Below are positions 38,182 through 47,745 of a stretch of 55,470 bases of DNA, one piece after another. This DNA is from an uncultured Dehalococcoidales bacterium (lineage in GTDB: Bacteria; Chloroflexota; Dehalococcoidia; Dehalococcoidales; UBA2162). Each line of letters starts with the position of its first letter. The stretch's first letter is position 1. Location: the NCBI GenBank assembly GCA_964606525.1, contig CAZSHH010000003.1, positions 8,006 to 63,475 of the forward strand. The letters are read 5' to 3'. Under the pieces are notes generated by a model, which worked only from the letters and a program-made list of their open reading frames with translations, made no database searches and was not told the DNA's origin. Position numbers and translations under genes: made by a program.

Positions 38182-39093
38182 ATGGTACAAGGAACAATTT
38201 TCGACATCCAGACCTATTCTCTGCATGATGGACCTGGCATCAGGACAACCGTCTTCCTTAAAGGCTGTCCCCTGAGTTGCGTCTGGTGTCAGAATCCGGA
38301 ATCTCAGCGTCGTCAGCCTGAATTACTATTCTATTGGGAGAGATGCACCGGCTGCGGCCAATGTGTGCCGGTGTGCCCCAGACAGGCTATCTCGGTGTCA
38401 GATGGAAGATCGCATACCAAGAGAAACCTCTGCGAAGGCTGCGGAAAATGCGCCGATACGTGTCTGAATACCGCCCGCATACTAAGCGGCAGAGTTTGGT
38501 CAGCAACCGACGTTTTTACCGAAGTTAAGAAAGATGACGCTTTCTACAGAAGAAGTGGCGGTGGAATTACCCTCTCCGGAGGAGAACCATTGACTCAGCC
38601 TGAATTCTCGACAGCTATCCTGTCGTTGTGCAAACGAGCCGGCCTGCACACTGCCATCGAGACAACAGGCATGGCCAAGTGGGAAACTCTTGAACAGGTA
38701 CTCGAATACGTCGACCTGGTATTGTATGACCTGAAACATATGGATTCCAGGTCTCATCAAAGGTGTACCGGCATAGGCAACGACCTTATTCTTGAGAACA
38801 TAAAGCAAATTCGAAGGAACTATACTATCCCGATAATAGCCCGAATACCGGTTATCCCAGGCTACAATGCAGACATGCAGAACATTAAAGCTACAGCAAG
38901 ATTCATTGTAAATGAAATAGGGCAAGATACAAAAGTGAACATTCTGGCTTATCACCGATTAGGAGAAAGTAAATACGACCGCCTCGAAAGAGATCAAAGT
39001 GGAGTGAACATCACTCCACCCACTGCAGGACAGATGGCAGCAATTCAGAAGACTATTGAAGCTCTGGGCCTGACAGTTACTATTGGCGTGTGA
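38182..39093 (+). CDS. glycyl-radical enzyme activating protein (radical SAM)
   Basis: GTIFDIQTYSLHDGPGIRTTVFLKGCPLSCVWCQNPE (CxxxCxxC), plus two ferredoxin-like clusters CTGCGQCVPVCP and CEGCGKCADTC. SD GGGAG abuts the first ATG (38176), so the ATG at 38182 is preferred. Confidence 0.9.
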   Translation: MVQGTIFDIQTYSLHDGPGIRTTVFLKGCPLSCVWCQNPESQRRQPELLFYWERCTGCGQCVPVCPRQAISVSDGRSHTKRNLCEGCGKCADTCLNTARILSGRVWSATDVFTEVKKDDAFYRRSGGGITLSGGEPLTQPEFSTAILSLCKRAGLHTAIETTGMAKWETLEQVLEYVDLVLYDLKHMDSRSHQRCTGIGNDLILENIKQIRRNYTIPIIARIPVIPGYNADMQNIKATARFIVNEIGQDTKVNILAYHRLGESKYDRLERDQSGVNITPPTAGQMAAIQKTIEALGLTVTIGV

Positions 39094-39208
39094 GAGACTG
39101 CCGGGAGGTGCCGAATACTGAATAATCCCATCTAAGAGTTCTGCCGGATGAAGAGGCAATTAAGCCTTGATGGGGCACCGAGATACAATTAAATTTGGGA
39201 GGTAGTAA

Positions 39209-39712
39209 ATGGCTGACAAATATGGACGGTTCTTCAAGGGTTACCAGGCGACACCGGAGGAAATTGAAAGAGGACGTACCGGCATCGCACGGGTAGATTA
39301 CAATACTTTCAAAGGCTGTAACTTCTACTGGGTGCACTGGAATTTACCTAACGCTCCCGGTCATTCCTCTCCCGATATGATCAGCGTAGGACACCCTCCT
39401 CACACCCACAAAGATGCGGAAATCCTGATGCTCATTGGGACCAACCCGGATGACCCTACAGACCTGGGTGCGGAAGTGGAACTACAGATGGGTGCCGAGC
39501 GGGAAAAACACATCATGACGAAGTCCACTGTGGTCTTTATTCCGGCGAATGTAATACATTGTCCCTATATTATCAGGAGGACAGACAGGCCGTGGATCTT
39601 TATAGAAATAAACCAGGGGCCGGTGCATACCGAAAAACTCTATCCGCAAATACTCACCGAAGAAGAAAGAAAACTGGTTGATTGGTCCCGATGGAAAGAA
39701 GAGGGTTATTAG
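39209..39712 (+). CDS. cupin-fold protein
   Basis: 167-aa ORF with SD GGGAGGT. Cupin motif 1 is GHPPHTHKDAEILMLIG (HxHxxxE) and motif 2 is VFIPANVIHCP. Confidence 0.55.
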   Translation: MADKYGRFFKGYQATPEEIERGRTGIARVDYNTFKGCNFYWVHWNLPNAPGHSSPDMISVGHPPHTHKDAEILMLIGTNPDDPTDLGAEVELQMGAEREKHIMTKSTVVFIPANVIHCPYIIRRTDRPWIFIEINQGPVHTEKLYPQILTEEERKLVDWSRWKEEGY

Positions 39713-39777
39713 CAAGTTTAGAGACATGACATTTCTAGTAGTCATAATTTAGTGTTGGCAAACGAAAAGGAGTTTAG

Positions 39778-41109
39778 ATGGCAAAGCAGAAATCAAGGGA
39801 AGAAATGCTGGTAGATGACCGGAAATTAAGGGATGAGATCCAGAAGAAACACGGTAAATCGGTTGAGGAGCTTTACCACGAGCGGGAAAAGAGACTGTAT
39901 GATGCCATTACGCTTAAAGTACCGGACAGAGTCCCGGTTCTCTTTTGCGGAACCTACCCGGCATGCAAATACAGCGGGGTACCGTTCTCGAGTGTTTATT
40001 ATGATGCTCCTGTCTGGAAAAGTGCGCTAAAAAGAATGCTGGTTGATTTTGCGCCCGATGGTTGGGGAAACCTGACATATGGACCAGGTACCGCCCTTGA
40101 TATTCTTGATTCCAATTACGAATGGCATCCCGGTGGTAGACTCCCCCCTGATGTACCCCACCAGATAAACGAACAGGAGTATATGAAAGAGGACGAGTAT
40201 GACCTCTTCCTTCTTGACCCTTCCGACTATATAATCCGGTACTGGATGCCGCGGGTAAATAACTCAATGAAGCCGCTGGCTAAACTCCCGCCCCTGAGAG
40301 AACTGGGCACAAACCCGTTATCTTTCGTTACACTCTTCGATGCACCGGAATTCGAGCAGTTTGCCGGGTTAATGAAAAAGGCCGCACAGGGAAAAAAGAA
40401 ATGGGACAAGGCCGTGGGAAATATTGAACAAGAGATGGCATCGATAGGTTTTCCGCCGGACCCATTCTGGCAGATGGGAGGGGGAGTCAACCCACCCTTC
40501 TCCGGTTTTTCCAACAGCTTCCGCGGCTTCAGGGGCGTGGGTATCGACATGTTCCGAAGGCCGGACAAGCTGAAAGCCGCTCTCAAGAAGTTCCTGGATT
40601 TCCGGATTTCCCAGGCAAAACCGGCAGTTCATCGGGATGGTAAGCCGGCAGTTGGCTCAGCTGGAGAATCGCATAGAGTGTCCGATGAATTTCTGTCAAC
40701 AAAGCAATTTGAGGAATTTGTCTGGCCCAACTGGAAGCGGGCTATTCAAACCACTTTCGATCTTGGATACGATGTTATCCGCATGTTTTTCGAGGGCAAG
40801 CGGGACAACCAGTTGGAGTATTTTACCGATTTTCCCAAAGGTACTTTCTATATCCGCCTTCAAGACACAAATATGGTTCGAGCCAAAGAAATTCTTGGTG
40901 ACGTGGCCTGCCTGTGCGGCAATGTACCTGTTTCATTACTCTGCACCGGATCACCCTCGGAGGTGGATGAATATTGTAAAAAACTGATACAGGCTTGCGG
41001 GAAGAACGGCGGCTTTATCCTGACCTCTTCAACGACCGGTTATGGGGAAACCAAACCGGAAAATGTAAAAGCGATGATAGATTCGGTTGAAAAATACGGC
41101 CGATACTAA
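39778..41109 (+). CDS. URO-D fold family protein (paralog of 15329..16573)
   Basis: 443-aa ORF with SD AAAGGAG. Shares blocks with the other paralog (EYMKxxEYDxFLxDPSD, MxRxPDKLxAA, STKQFxxFxWP). The C-terminus GKNGGFILTSSTTGYGETKPENVKAMIDSVEKYG is URO-D-like. Confidence 0.65.
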   Translation: MAKQKSREEMLVDDRKLRDEIQKKHGKSVEELYHEREKRLYDAITLKVPDRVPVLFCGTYPACKYSGVPFSSVYYDAPVWKSALKRMLVDFAPDGWGNLTYGPGTALDILDSNYEWHPGGRLPPDVPHQINEQEYMKEDEYDLFLLDPSDYIIRYWMPRVNNSMKPLAKLPPLRELGTNPLSFVTLFDAPEFEQFAGLMKKAAQGKKKWDKAVGNIEQEMASIGFPPDPFWQMGGGVNPPFSGFSNSFRGFRGVGIDMFRRPDKLKAALKKFLDFRISQAKPAVHRDGKPAVGSAGESHRVSDEFLSTKQFEEFVWPNWKRAIQTTFDLGYDVIRMFFEGKRDNQLEYFTDFPKGTFYIRLQDTNMVRAKEILGDVACLCGNVPVSLLCTGSPSEVDEYCKKLIQACGKNGGFILTSSTTGYGETKPENVKAMIDSVEKYGRY

Positions 41110-41280
41110 GCGTGACTTTGCTATCTTGATAAAGTTGAAAATCTGCTGAAATCCTGAAACGGTTTTACAGGATAAGAAAATATTTAAGATAGAGAAAAGT
41201 TCTGCCAGGTTAACCCGGTAATAACCGGGGTTAGCGGCAGGACCAGCTCTCATTTTTACTTGGAACAGGAGGTAGTTCAG

Positions 41281-42816
41281 ATGCTTCGCATCACCAAGAC
41301 GGAAAACGGAACGGTTCGGGGGATTCAAGGCACTGACGCCAGGATCACGGTCTTCAAAGGAATACCCTTCGCGGCTCCGCCTGTGGGAGATCTGCGCTGG
41401 AGGGCTCCCAAACCGGCCGCTGACTGGACAGGCGTCCGCACCTGTCTGGAGTTCATGCCCATAGCCATGCAGCGCGCTCCGGGCTCAAACTTGAATACCG
41501 GGGCTTTCTATGCCAAAGAATGGCACGTCGACCCGGATGTGCCGATGGATGAAGACTGCCTGTATCTGAACGTCTGGACCAATTCCATGACGGGCAAGGA
41601 AAAGATGCCCGTCATGATCTGGATCTATGGTGGAGGCCTGATGGAGGGCTATCCGTGGGAAATGGAGTTCGACGGTGAGCGCATTGCCAGCCGCAGCGTC
41701 ATCCTGGTCTCCATCAACTACCGTCTGAACGTCTTCGGGTTTTTGACTCATCCGGAAATAATCAAGACTGCTCCTGATGGCTTCGTGGCGAACTTTGGCT
41801 ACCTGGACCAGAAGGCCGGCATCGATTGGGTCCACCGCAACATTGCCAATTTCGGCGGCGACCCGAATAATATCACCATTTTCGGGCAATCGGCGGGGGG
41901 CGGCAGCGTAATGTCCCATTTAAATTCGCCTCTGGCCAAAGGAGCCTTCCAAAAAGCCATTGTGCAGTCCGGCGGCGGCGTGCGCATCAGGGAACCGTCG
42001 CTCCGGATGATGATGATGGGCTCCAGTCTTCAAGCCCTGGCGAAACAGGGCGAGGCTTTCTTCGACTTTGTCGGAGCGAAGAACCTCGCCGCGGCCAAGG
42101 CCATCGATGCCAAGAGACTGTTGGCCAAACATCTTGAATTCAACAAATACTGGAGCGCCACAGTAGACGGTAAATATGTAGTTGAAGAAGCAGCAGCCAG
42201 TGTGCTGGCGGGCCGTCAACACGATATTCCAGTCATGATAGGCTCGACCATAAATGAATTCCTGATGACTCCGCCCGATGACCACATTGACGCCTGGGCG
42301 AAGGAGAACATTTCGGGGATTGCCACCGAATTCTGCAAACTGGCCCGGGATAGGGCTGCGGCTGAAGGCATCAGTCTCAAGCAGGCGGCTGCAGTCAACA
42401 CTACTGAGCTTACCGCCAAACTGTTCTGCAAAACGGTGGCCGCGCAGGGTAAACAGCCGGTTTTCAGCTATTCTTTCGGTCCGCAAATACCGGGGGATAA
42501 TGCCGGCGCTTTTCACTCCTCCGATCTCTGGTTCGAGTTTGAAACGCTGATGAGGTGTTGGCGGCCGTTCGTTGGTAAACACTTCGACCTGGCGCGCCAG
42601 ATGTGCAACTATTGGACGAACTTCGCCAAGAATGGCGACCCCAACGGGCTTGATGCCGACGGCACACCCATGCCGAGATGGACGCCGTATACCGTTAAAT
42701 CCCCGCTGGCAATGCAATTCTTCGAAAAGCCGGCCATGGAGAAAAAGCAGAACAAAATGACGAAGTTGTTGCTTGACTACAATAAAAAGCTGATAAAGGG
42801 GGAGACTTCACGATAA
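41281..42816 (+). CDS. type-B carboxylesterase (para-nitrobenzyl esterase-like)
   Basis: The ATG at 41281 follows AGGAGG. Carries GTVRGIQG...FKGIPFAAPPVGDLRW, EDCLYLNVW, the nucleophile elbow IFGQSAGG and C-terminal NYWTNFAKNGDPN. Confidence 0.85.
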   Translation: MLRITKTENGTVRGIQGTDARITVFKGIPFAAPPVGDLRWRAPKPAADWTGVRTCLEFMPIAMQRAPGSNLNTGAFYAKEWHVDPDVPMDEDCLYLNVWTNSMTGKEKMPVMIWIYGGGLMEGYPWEMEFDGERIASRSVILVSINYRLNVFGFLTHPEIIKTAPDGFVANFGYLDQKAGIDWVHRNIANFGGDPNNITIFGQSAGGGSVMSHLNSPLAKGAFQKAIVQSGGGVRIREPSLRMMMMGSSLQALAKQGEAFFDFVGAKNLAAAKAIDAKRLLAKHLEFNKYWSATVDGKYVVEEAAASVLAGRQHDIPVMIGSTINEFLMTPPDDHIDAWAKENISGIATEFCKLARDRAAAEGISLKQAAAVNTTELTAKLFCKTVAAQGKQPVFSYSFGPQIPGDNAGAFHSSDLWFEFETLMRCWRPFVGKHFDLARQMCNYWTNFAKNGDPNGLDADGTPMPRWTPYTVKSPLAMQFFEKPAMEKKQNKMTKLLLDYNKKLIKGETSR

Positions 42817-42874
42817 CACCACCCCGATATAACAAGAACACTATCAGCAACCCATTATTCAGTAGTAAATAATA

Positions 42875-43660
42875 TTACGAGTGATCTTCGAGCCATTTCG
42901 CAAGATCACTAAATACCTGAGGTCTCTCCGGTTCATTAAAAATTTCGTGACGCAACCCTTCGTATAATTTGAGCGTCTTGTCTTTCGACCCCAAAGCCTC
43001 GAATAAGACTTGACTTCGCGCACCATCAGTAACGCCATTTCCCGCCATTATAAGTACCGGCAGCCGGATTAGCGGAACCGCGTCGGTGACTCCTCCCATC
43101 ATTCCACTCAGTCTTGGCGGAATCGGACCGTGATATACAAGAGGATCATTTACGTAAGCTTCGATTACTGCCGGATCCCGGCTTAAAAAGGCAGTAGGCA
43201 GCGGCTGCCCCTCAGGTTGCCGGGGTGCAGGCGGTTCATTACCACGACTAATACCTCCGCCTGAAGTAATCAAGCCGGCCAGTTCTTTTTGGTATTTCGC
43301 GGTATAAAGTAGTGCAATGGCGGAACCCATACTGTGTCCGACTAAAAATATCAGTTTCCCGGGATTATCTTTGCGGATAATATCGAAAAATATTTTTAAG
43401 TCATCGACATAATCAGAAAACTTTTCAACGTAAACACGTTCGCCGTCGGATTTACCATGTCCACGGTGATCCATGGCATATACCGCATAGTCTTGGGAAA
43501 CAAAATATTCAGCCACGTGGTTATAACGCCCGCTGTGCTCGGCAAATCCGTGTGCAATCAGTATTATTGCCTTTGGTCCGTCTGAAGGCAGCCAGTATTG
43601 ATAGTAAATATTTATGTTTCCCGGATTTTTAAAAAAACCCTCTTTGTGCATCGCATCCAT
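42875..43660 (-). CDS. alpha/beta hydrolase (lysophospholipase / monoacylglycerol-lipase-like)
   Basis: 261-aa ORF with SD CGGAGGG. Carries HGFAEHSGRY, the nucleophile elbow LVGHSMGS and a C-terminal H in GLRHEIFNE. Confidence 0.8.
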   Translation of the reverse strand: MDAMHKEGFFKNPGNINIYYQYWLPSDGPKAIILIAHGFAEHSGRYNHVAEYFVSQDYAVYAMDHRGHGKSDGERVYVEKFSDYVDDLKIFFDIIRKDNPGKLIFLVGHSMGSAIALLYTAKYQKELAGLITSGGGISRGNEPPAPRQPEGQPLPTAFLSRDPAVIEAYVNDPLVYHGPIPPRLSGMMGGVTDAVPLIRLPVLIMAGNGVTDGARSQVLFEALGSKDKTLKLYEGLRHEIFNEPERPQVFSDLAKWLEDHS

Positions 43661-43807
43661 TATGTTTAGCCCTCCGGTTCTTCAATGAATATGGTTATCT
43701 CCTAATGCTCGAATAACTATGGTATGTTTTTTGACATTTTTCAAGTGCAGTCTGAAACAACCGGGGGGACGAATGCATGTCCCGTAACGATTGAATACTC
43801 GCTGCTT

Positions 43808-44221
43808 TCACGAAAGATTTTCCTTAATTACTTCGACAATTCCCTTGGTGGCGTCCATCTTTACAAAGTCCCCTGTCGTGATTATTTCAAGCGGGTTGCC
43901 ATCAAGTTTATGCACCATCGGAATGTCATTCATAATCGCTACCATTGCCATCACCGGTTCCACTTCAAGACAAATCATACCTATCGGGGCATTGCCCAGT
44001 TGTTTGGCTTGATATGCAACATTCGGTCCAACCGTAGAACCTTTTCCTGTTGAGAAGACGAATATTTTACCAGCGATACTCTGGCCTTCAATATCGTGTC
44101 CTTTGGGGATAACCTTGCCGGTATTTACATCCAGATCCCCCAGGAATGAAAAGGGTCTTTGTGAGACTATTGCTACGCCTTCCACCTTTCCTTTCTTGAC
44201 TGTTTTCCCCTTTAGTATCAT
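43808..44221 (-). CDS. aconitase X swivel-domain subunit (DUF126)
   Basis: 137-aa ORF. GKVEGVAIVSQRPFSFLGDLDVNTGKVI...GQSIAGKIFVFSTGKGSTVG matches the AcnX small subunit pattern. Its SD lies within the end of the upstream gene. Confidence 0.75.
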   Translation of the reverse strand: MILKGKTVKKGKVEGVAIVSQRPFSFLGDLDVNTGKVIPKGHDIEGQSIAGKIFVFSTGKGSTVGPNVAYQAKQLGNAPIGMICLEVEPVMAMVAIMNDIPMVHKLDGNPLEIITTGDFVKMDATKGIVEVIKENLS

Positions 44222-44225
44222 ATTC

Positions 44226-45461
44226 TTACCCTCTCCATTTACCGGTTAAAGCCGCATTGATACAGTCTGTAGTACTTCCGTATTGAATACCGATCCCGCG
44301 CCTGGACTGGTAAGAGGCAGCTCTTGCTGAATTAGTTGCTGCAGTAGAAACCGGCCATGCCAGTTGCTCGTATGGAAAACTCTGGATACATATTCCTGTA
44401 GCGACGACTCCGCCGGCACTTTCGATGATATCTATATATCCGGTAGTTTTAGCCAGAGTGTATGTCTGCTCTGAGGTTGCGGTAAATAGCCGAACATTAT
44501 CAGCGATTCTTTTTCCCTCAAGTAACTGTGCTAATTCTTTTAACTCCCGGATACTCAGATGGGGACAGCCGAAAAAGACCAGTTCGATGTCATCCCTTCT
44601 GGCAGTGTGAAGGCTTTGCCAGGCTTCTTTAATTTCGTGCATCCCGACCTTGATCATCATTTCAGGTTTTTTATTGCCAACTGCTTGTTCCAGGGTCGGG
44701 GCTTCGGGGGTAACCCCAATGATATGACATATGGCGACCGCCCCTGAGACTGGTTGAGGAGAAAGGAAAAACTTCAAGTGGTCGAAAGAGATGTTACCCG
44801 GGATCCCATCAACCACTACGTTCTTTGTCTCGGCCATCCCGCCGATGTAGTAACCAACCGCTCCGTAATCGGCTTCGGAAAAAATTTCCATATCAAGGCC
44901 TTCCATTTCAACCACAATTTGCCCGTATCGGTTCTCGTTTTTCAACAGCAGCATCTCGGGCGTCACTCCGGTAATCGCACTAGCCATGGAAGCCGGCATC
45001 GAATCACGATTGCCTTTTGCACCAAATACTGAGTTGCCGATGATGATACCCGAAGATCCCGGCCACGAAAAAACCCGCCCCGGAATTGGTACATTGCCTA
45101 CCAGATAAGGAGTACAAGTCATCGCCGGTAAAAATCCTTTTGGAATACAAAAACCCATGGTTTCCGCTTGGATCCTGGTTTGATTCTCACAATAGTCTGC
45201 TTTTAACCCCATTGCCCTGGCTGCTTTACAGGCACCGGTCATTCCGGCATGAGTAGTTGTGAACGTTCGTAATTGACCCACACCGTCCAATATCTGGTGC
45301 AGCCATTCTCCCGCCATAAGCCCGGTATGGGCATTATGCACCCTGACCATCTTCGGTGCATCGAATGCCTCACCGTATTCTACAAGCATGGTCATGGCTT
45401 TTTGAACACCTGGGCCATATTCACCCTGGTACATTCGCTTCTCGTCATCGGTCAAAAACAT
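44226..45461 (-). CDS. aconitase X catalytic subunit (DUF521)
   Basis: 411-aa ORF with SD CGGAGGG. The N-terminus MFLTDDEKRMYQGEYGPGVQKAMTMLVEYGEAFDAPKMVRVHNAHTG is typical of the DUF521/AcnX large subunit. Confidence 0.75.
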   Translation of the reverse strand: MFLTDDEKRMYQGEYGPGVQKAMTMLVEYGEAFDAPKMVRVHNAHTGLMAGEWLHQILDGVGQLRTFTTTHAGMTGACKAARAMGLKADYCENQTRIQAETMGFCIPKGFLPAMTCTPYLVGNVPIPGRVFSWPGSSGIIIGNSVFGAKGNRDSMPASMASAITGVTPEMLLLKNENRYGQIVVEMEGLDMEIFSEADYGAVGYYIGGMAETKNVVVDGIPGNISFDHLKFFLSPQPVSGAVAICHIIGVTPEAPTLEQAVGNKKPEMMIKVGMHEIKEAWQSLHTARRDDIELVFFGCPHLSIRELKELAQLLEGKRIADNVRLFTATSEQTYTLAKTTGYIDIIESAGGVVATGICIQSFPYEQLAWPVSTAATNSARAASYQSRRGIGIQYGSTTDCINAALTGKWRG

Positions 45462-45912
45462 TGAGACCCTCCGGTATTTGTGGCAATTTGCACTAACAAA
45501 CTTTAACTATCGATCAAAGCAGGAAACAACCAAATCAATCTGAAAGTCGGCTATGTGGATGCCGAAAAGAAATCATTGCTGTCCCGTACTACCATCGGTA
45601 TCACCCGAGTTCAATTTATTCTTATCATGGATGATTGTCAATTATGAACAAACACTGTGTAGTTCGCCTAATAGTAAGAAGGGGGCATCTCCAATGTCGG
45701 TGGTACTAACTTAACAAGTGGTACAACTATCGGGGGCAGGTCACTATGTCATCATCAGGAACTTCCCATGCGTATCTAGGTGCTCCAAGCATGATTTTTT
45801 CATCACTTGTCGAATACGTACCACAAAAACAATCACTTAAGAATAGATACTCCTTCATGACTTTACGCAACGAATCCGGGGTTGCTTCGATGGATATCGC
45901 TCGCCGTTGTAT

Positions 45913-46719
45913 TTATTGATCGCCCTGGCGAGGTAAGCCCATAGGTAGTCCAAATATGATATTTTGCCCACTCATGTGGTCGGAAGCTGATGATACCAAG
46001 AACAAAACCGCCTCCGCGAGTTCTTCGGGCATCGCCATACCCGTCATGTCGACCGGCACATTACCCCCTTCTTGGCGTACTTTTTCCATTGCCGCCTGTC
46101 TCCCTTCGCTCCAGGTAGCGCTGGGGGTGACGCAGTTAGCCTGTATCCCAAAGGGCGCGACCTCTCTGGCGAGAGCCTTGACGAAGCCGATTACCCCGGC
46201 CTTGGCGGCGGTGTAGTCGGAATTGCCCGCTAACCCGTCTATGGCAGCGATTGAAGACAAGAGTACGATCTTGCCTGTTCGCCTTTCTATCATGTGGTTA
46301 ATAACAGCCCGAACGCAATGCCGCGGCCCGTTCAGGTTCATATCCATCATCCAGTCCCAGAGTTCTTTAGTCTGCTCGGCAACTGGAGCTCCTCTGACCG
46401 GCAGTCCCCCGGTGAGATTGGTCGGTAGCAACGTCCCCACGATGCCGCCGGCGGCGTTGACCAGTATATCTATCTGGCGGTATTTCTGTAGAGTAGTTTT
46501 GACCATCTCGTTGACCTGGTCTTCATACCTGAAATCTACTTTTACTGCGTATGCTTCGTCCCCGGTAGCCTTGATGGCATCAGCAACTTTGTTGGCATTG
46601 GCGATGACCACGTCGGCTATCACTACTTTAGCTCCTTCCCGCGCCAGGAGTGTGGCCGATGCCCGGCCGACGCCGCTGGCGCCACCAACCACAATGGCAA
46701 CTTTGCCTTCGAGTTTCAT
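45913..46719 (-). CDS. SDR family oxidoreductase
   Basis: 268-aa ORF with SD AGAGAGGTGA. Carries GKVAIVVGGASGVGRA (TGxxxGxG type), NAAG and the catalytic YTAAKAG. Confidence 0.85.
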   Translation of the reverse strand: MKLEGKVAIVVGGASGVGRASATLLAREGAKVVIADVVIANANKVADAIKATGDEAYAVKVDFRYEDQVNEMVKTTLQKYRQIDILVNAAGGIVGTLLPTNLTGGLPVRGAPVAEQTKELWDWMMDMNLNGPRHCVRAVINHMIERRTGKIVLLSSIAAIDGLAGNSDYTAAKAGVIGFVKALAREVAPFGIQANCVTPSATWSEGRQAAMEKVRQEGGNVPVDMTGMAMPEELAEAVLFLVSSASDHMSGQNIIFGLPMGLPRQGDQ

Positions 46720-46759
46720 GAGGTCACCTCTCTTATAAGCGTTAACTAATGAAGACAGA

Positions 46760-47719
46760 CTATTGCCGGGCGATCGGCTTCAGCGGAATTTTCGGATCCG
46801 GGAAGCCCGAGCCCATAAGGGCGAACATCATGGTCAGTGCCCTGTCATCGATGCGCTGGAAGTCTTCCCGATGAACGGTCTCAGGTCTGGGGAAAGGCCA
46901 GTCCATTTGCAATAGCGCCTGCTGCACGGTCACCCCTGAGCCATGCAGTTCTCTGGCGCGCGTAATACAGTAAGCCAATGCCGCCCCGCCATCCTCCGGC
47001 GGGATCATGCCGTCATACCCGGGCATGCTATGCCAGGGTGCTGTCGGCTTTGGTTCCCCGGCAGGCCGCCTGCCGCTGAGAGGAAAACTGACACCGGCAG
47101 GTATAAAGCAGAAGACTGCCACGCCGGTATCATCGACGGTTCCTATTTCGTACGCCAGGGACATCATGATGGAAGTAGTGGCTGACTTGGCGGCACAATA
47201 ATTGGCCGGTCCCGGAGGGTCCATGAAAGCAGTGGCCGTGTAGGCGACCACTCCATGATGTCTATTCAGCATCGCGGGTACGAACAGTTGGATGCCGATA
47301 AGCGTACCGCGGGCTGATATTTCATACTGGCGGTCGAGTTGCTTGATCGTAGACTCGAGAATGGGCGCCCCCATGGACATATCCATGGCATTACTCACAT
47401 AGATATCTACCTTGCCAAAAGTATCAATCGCCCGGCGTGCCATCGATTTCATCGAGTCTTCGTCAGACACATCGGTCTCTATAAACAGCGCAGTGCCCGG
47501 CTGGTTCTCATTGTTGATGATTTCTGCGGCGGCTCTACCCCGGTCCGGTGAGAATTCAGCAATGATTAACTTCGCTCCTAACCAGGCCAGGCTCCTTGCC
47601 GTGCCAAGTCCAACATTCCCGCCGGCGCCAGTGACAACGGCGACCTCGCCTGCCAGCATACCCTTATTAAGCTTTGTCTTGTCCATCGCCAGCGGGCCCA
47701 CAGCAAGCTCTTTAACCAT
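46760..47719 (-). CDS. SDR family oxidoreductase (extended C-terminus)
   Basis: 319-aa ORF with SD AAAGGAGGA. Carries EVAVVTGAGGNVGLGTA, SNAM and the catalytic YCAAKSA. Confidence 0.75.
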   Translation of the reverse strand: MVKELAVGPLAMDKTKLNKGMLAGEVAVVTGAGGNVGLGTARSLAWLGAKLIIAEFSPDRGRAAAEIINNENQPGTALFIETDVSDEDSMKSMARRAIDTFGKVDIYVSNAMDMSMGAPILESTIKQLDRQYEISARGTLIGIQLFVPAMLNRHHGVVAYTATAFMDPPGPANYCAAKSATTSIMMSLAYEIGTVDDTGVAVFCFIPAGVSFPLSGRRPAGEPKPTAPWHSMPGYDGMIPPEDGGAALAYCITRARELHGSGVTVQQALLQMDWPFPRPETVHREDFQRIDDRALTMMFALMGSGFPDPKIPLKPIARQ

Positions 47720-47745
47720 CGTAGTCCTCCTTTAACAGCGCATGA

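Noticed and set aside
45727-45858. A 43-codon minus-strand ORF (MKEYLFLSDCFCGTYSTSDEK...) in the 450-bp gap between the SDR and AcnX genes.
   Set aside because: It has no SD and no motif. It could be a gene fragment, but this cannot be supported from sequence alone.
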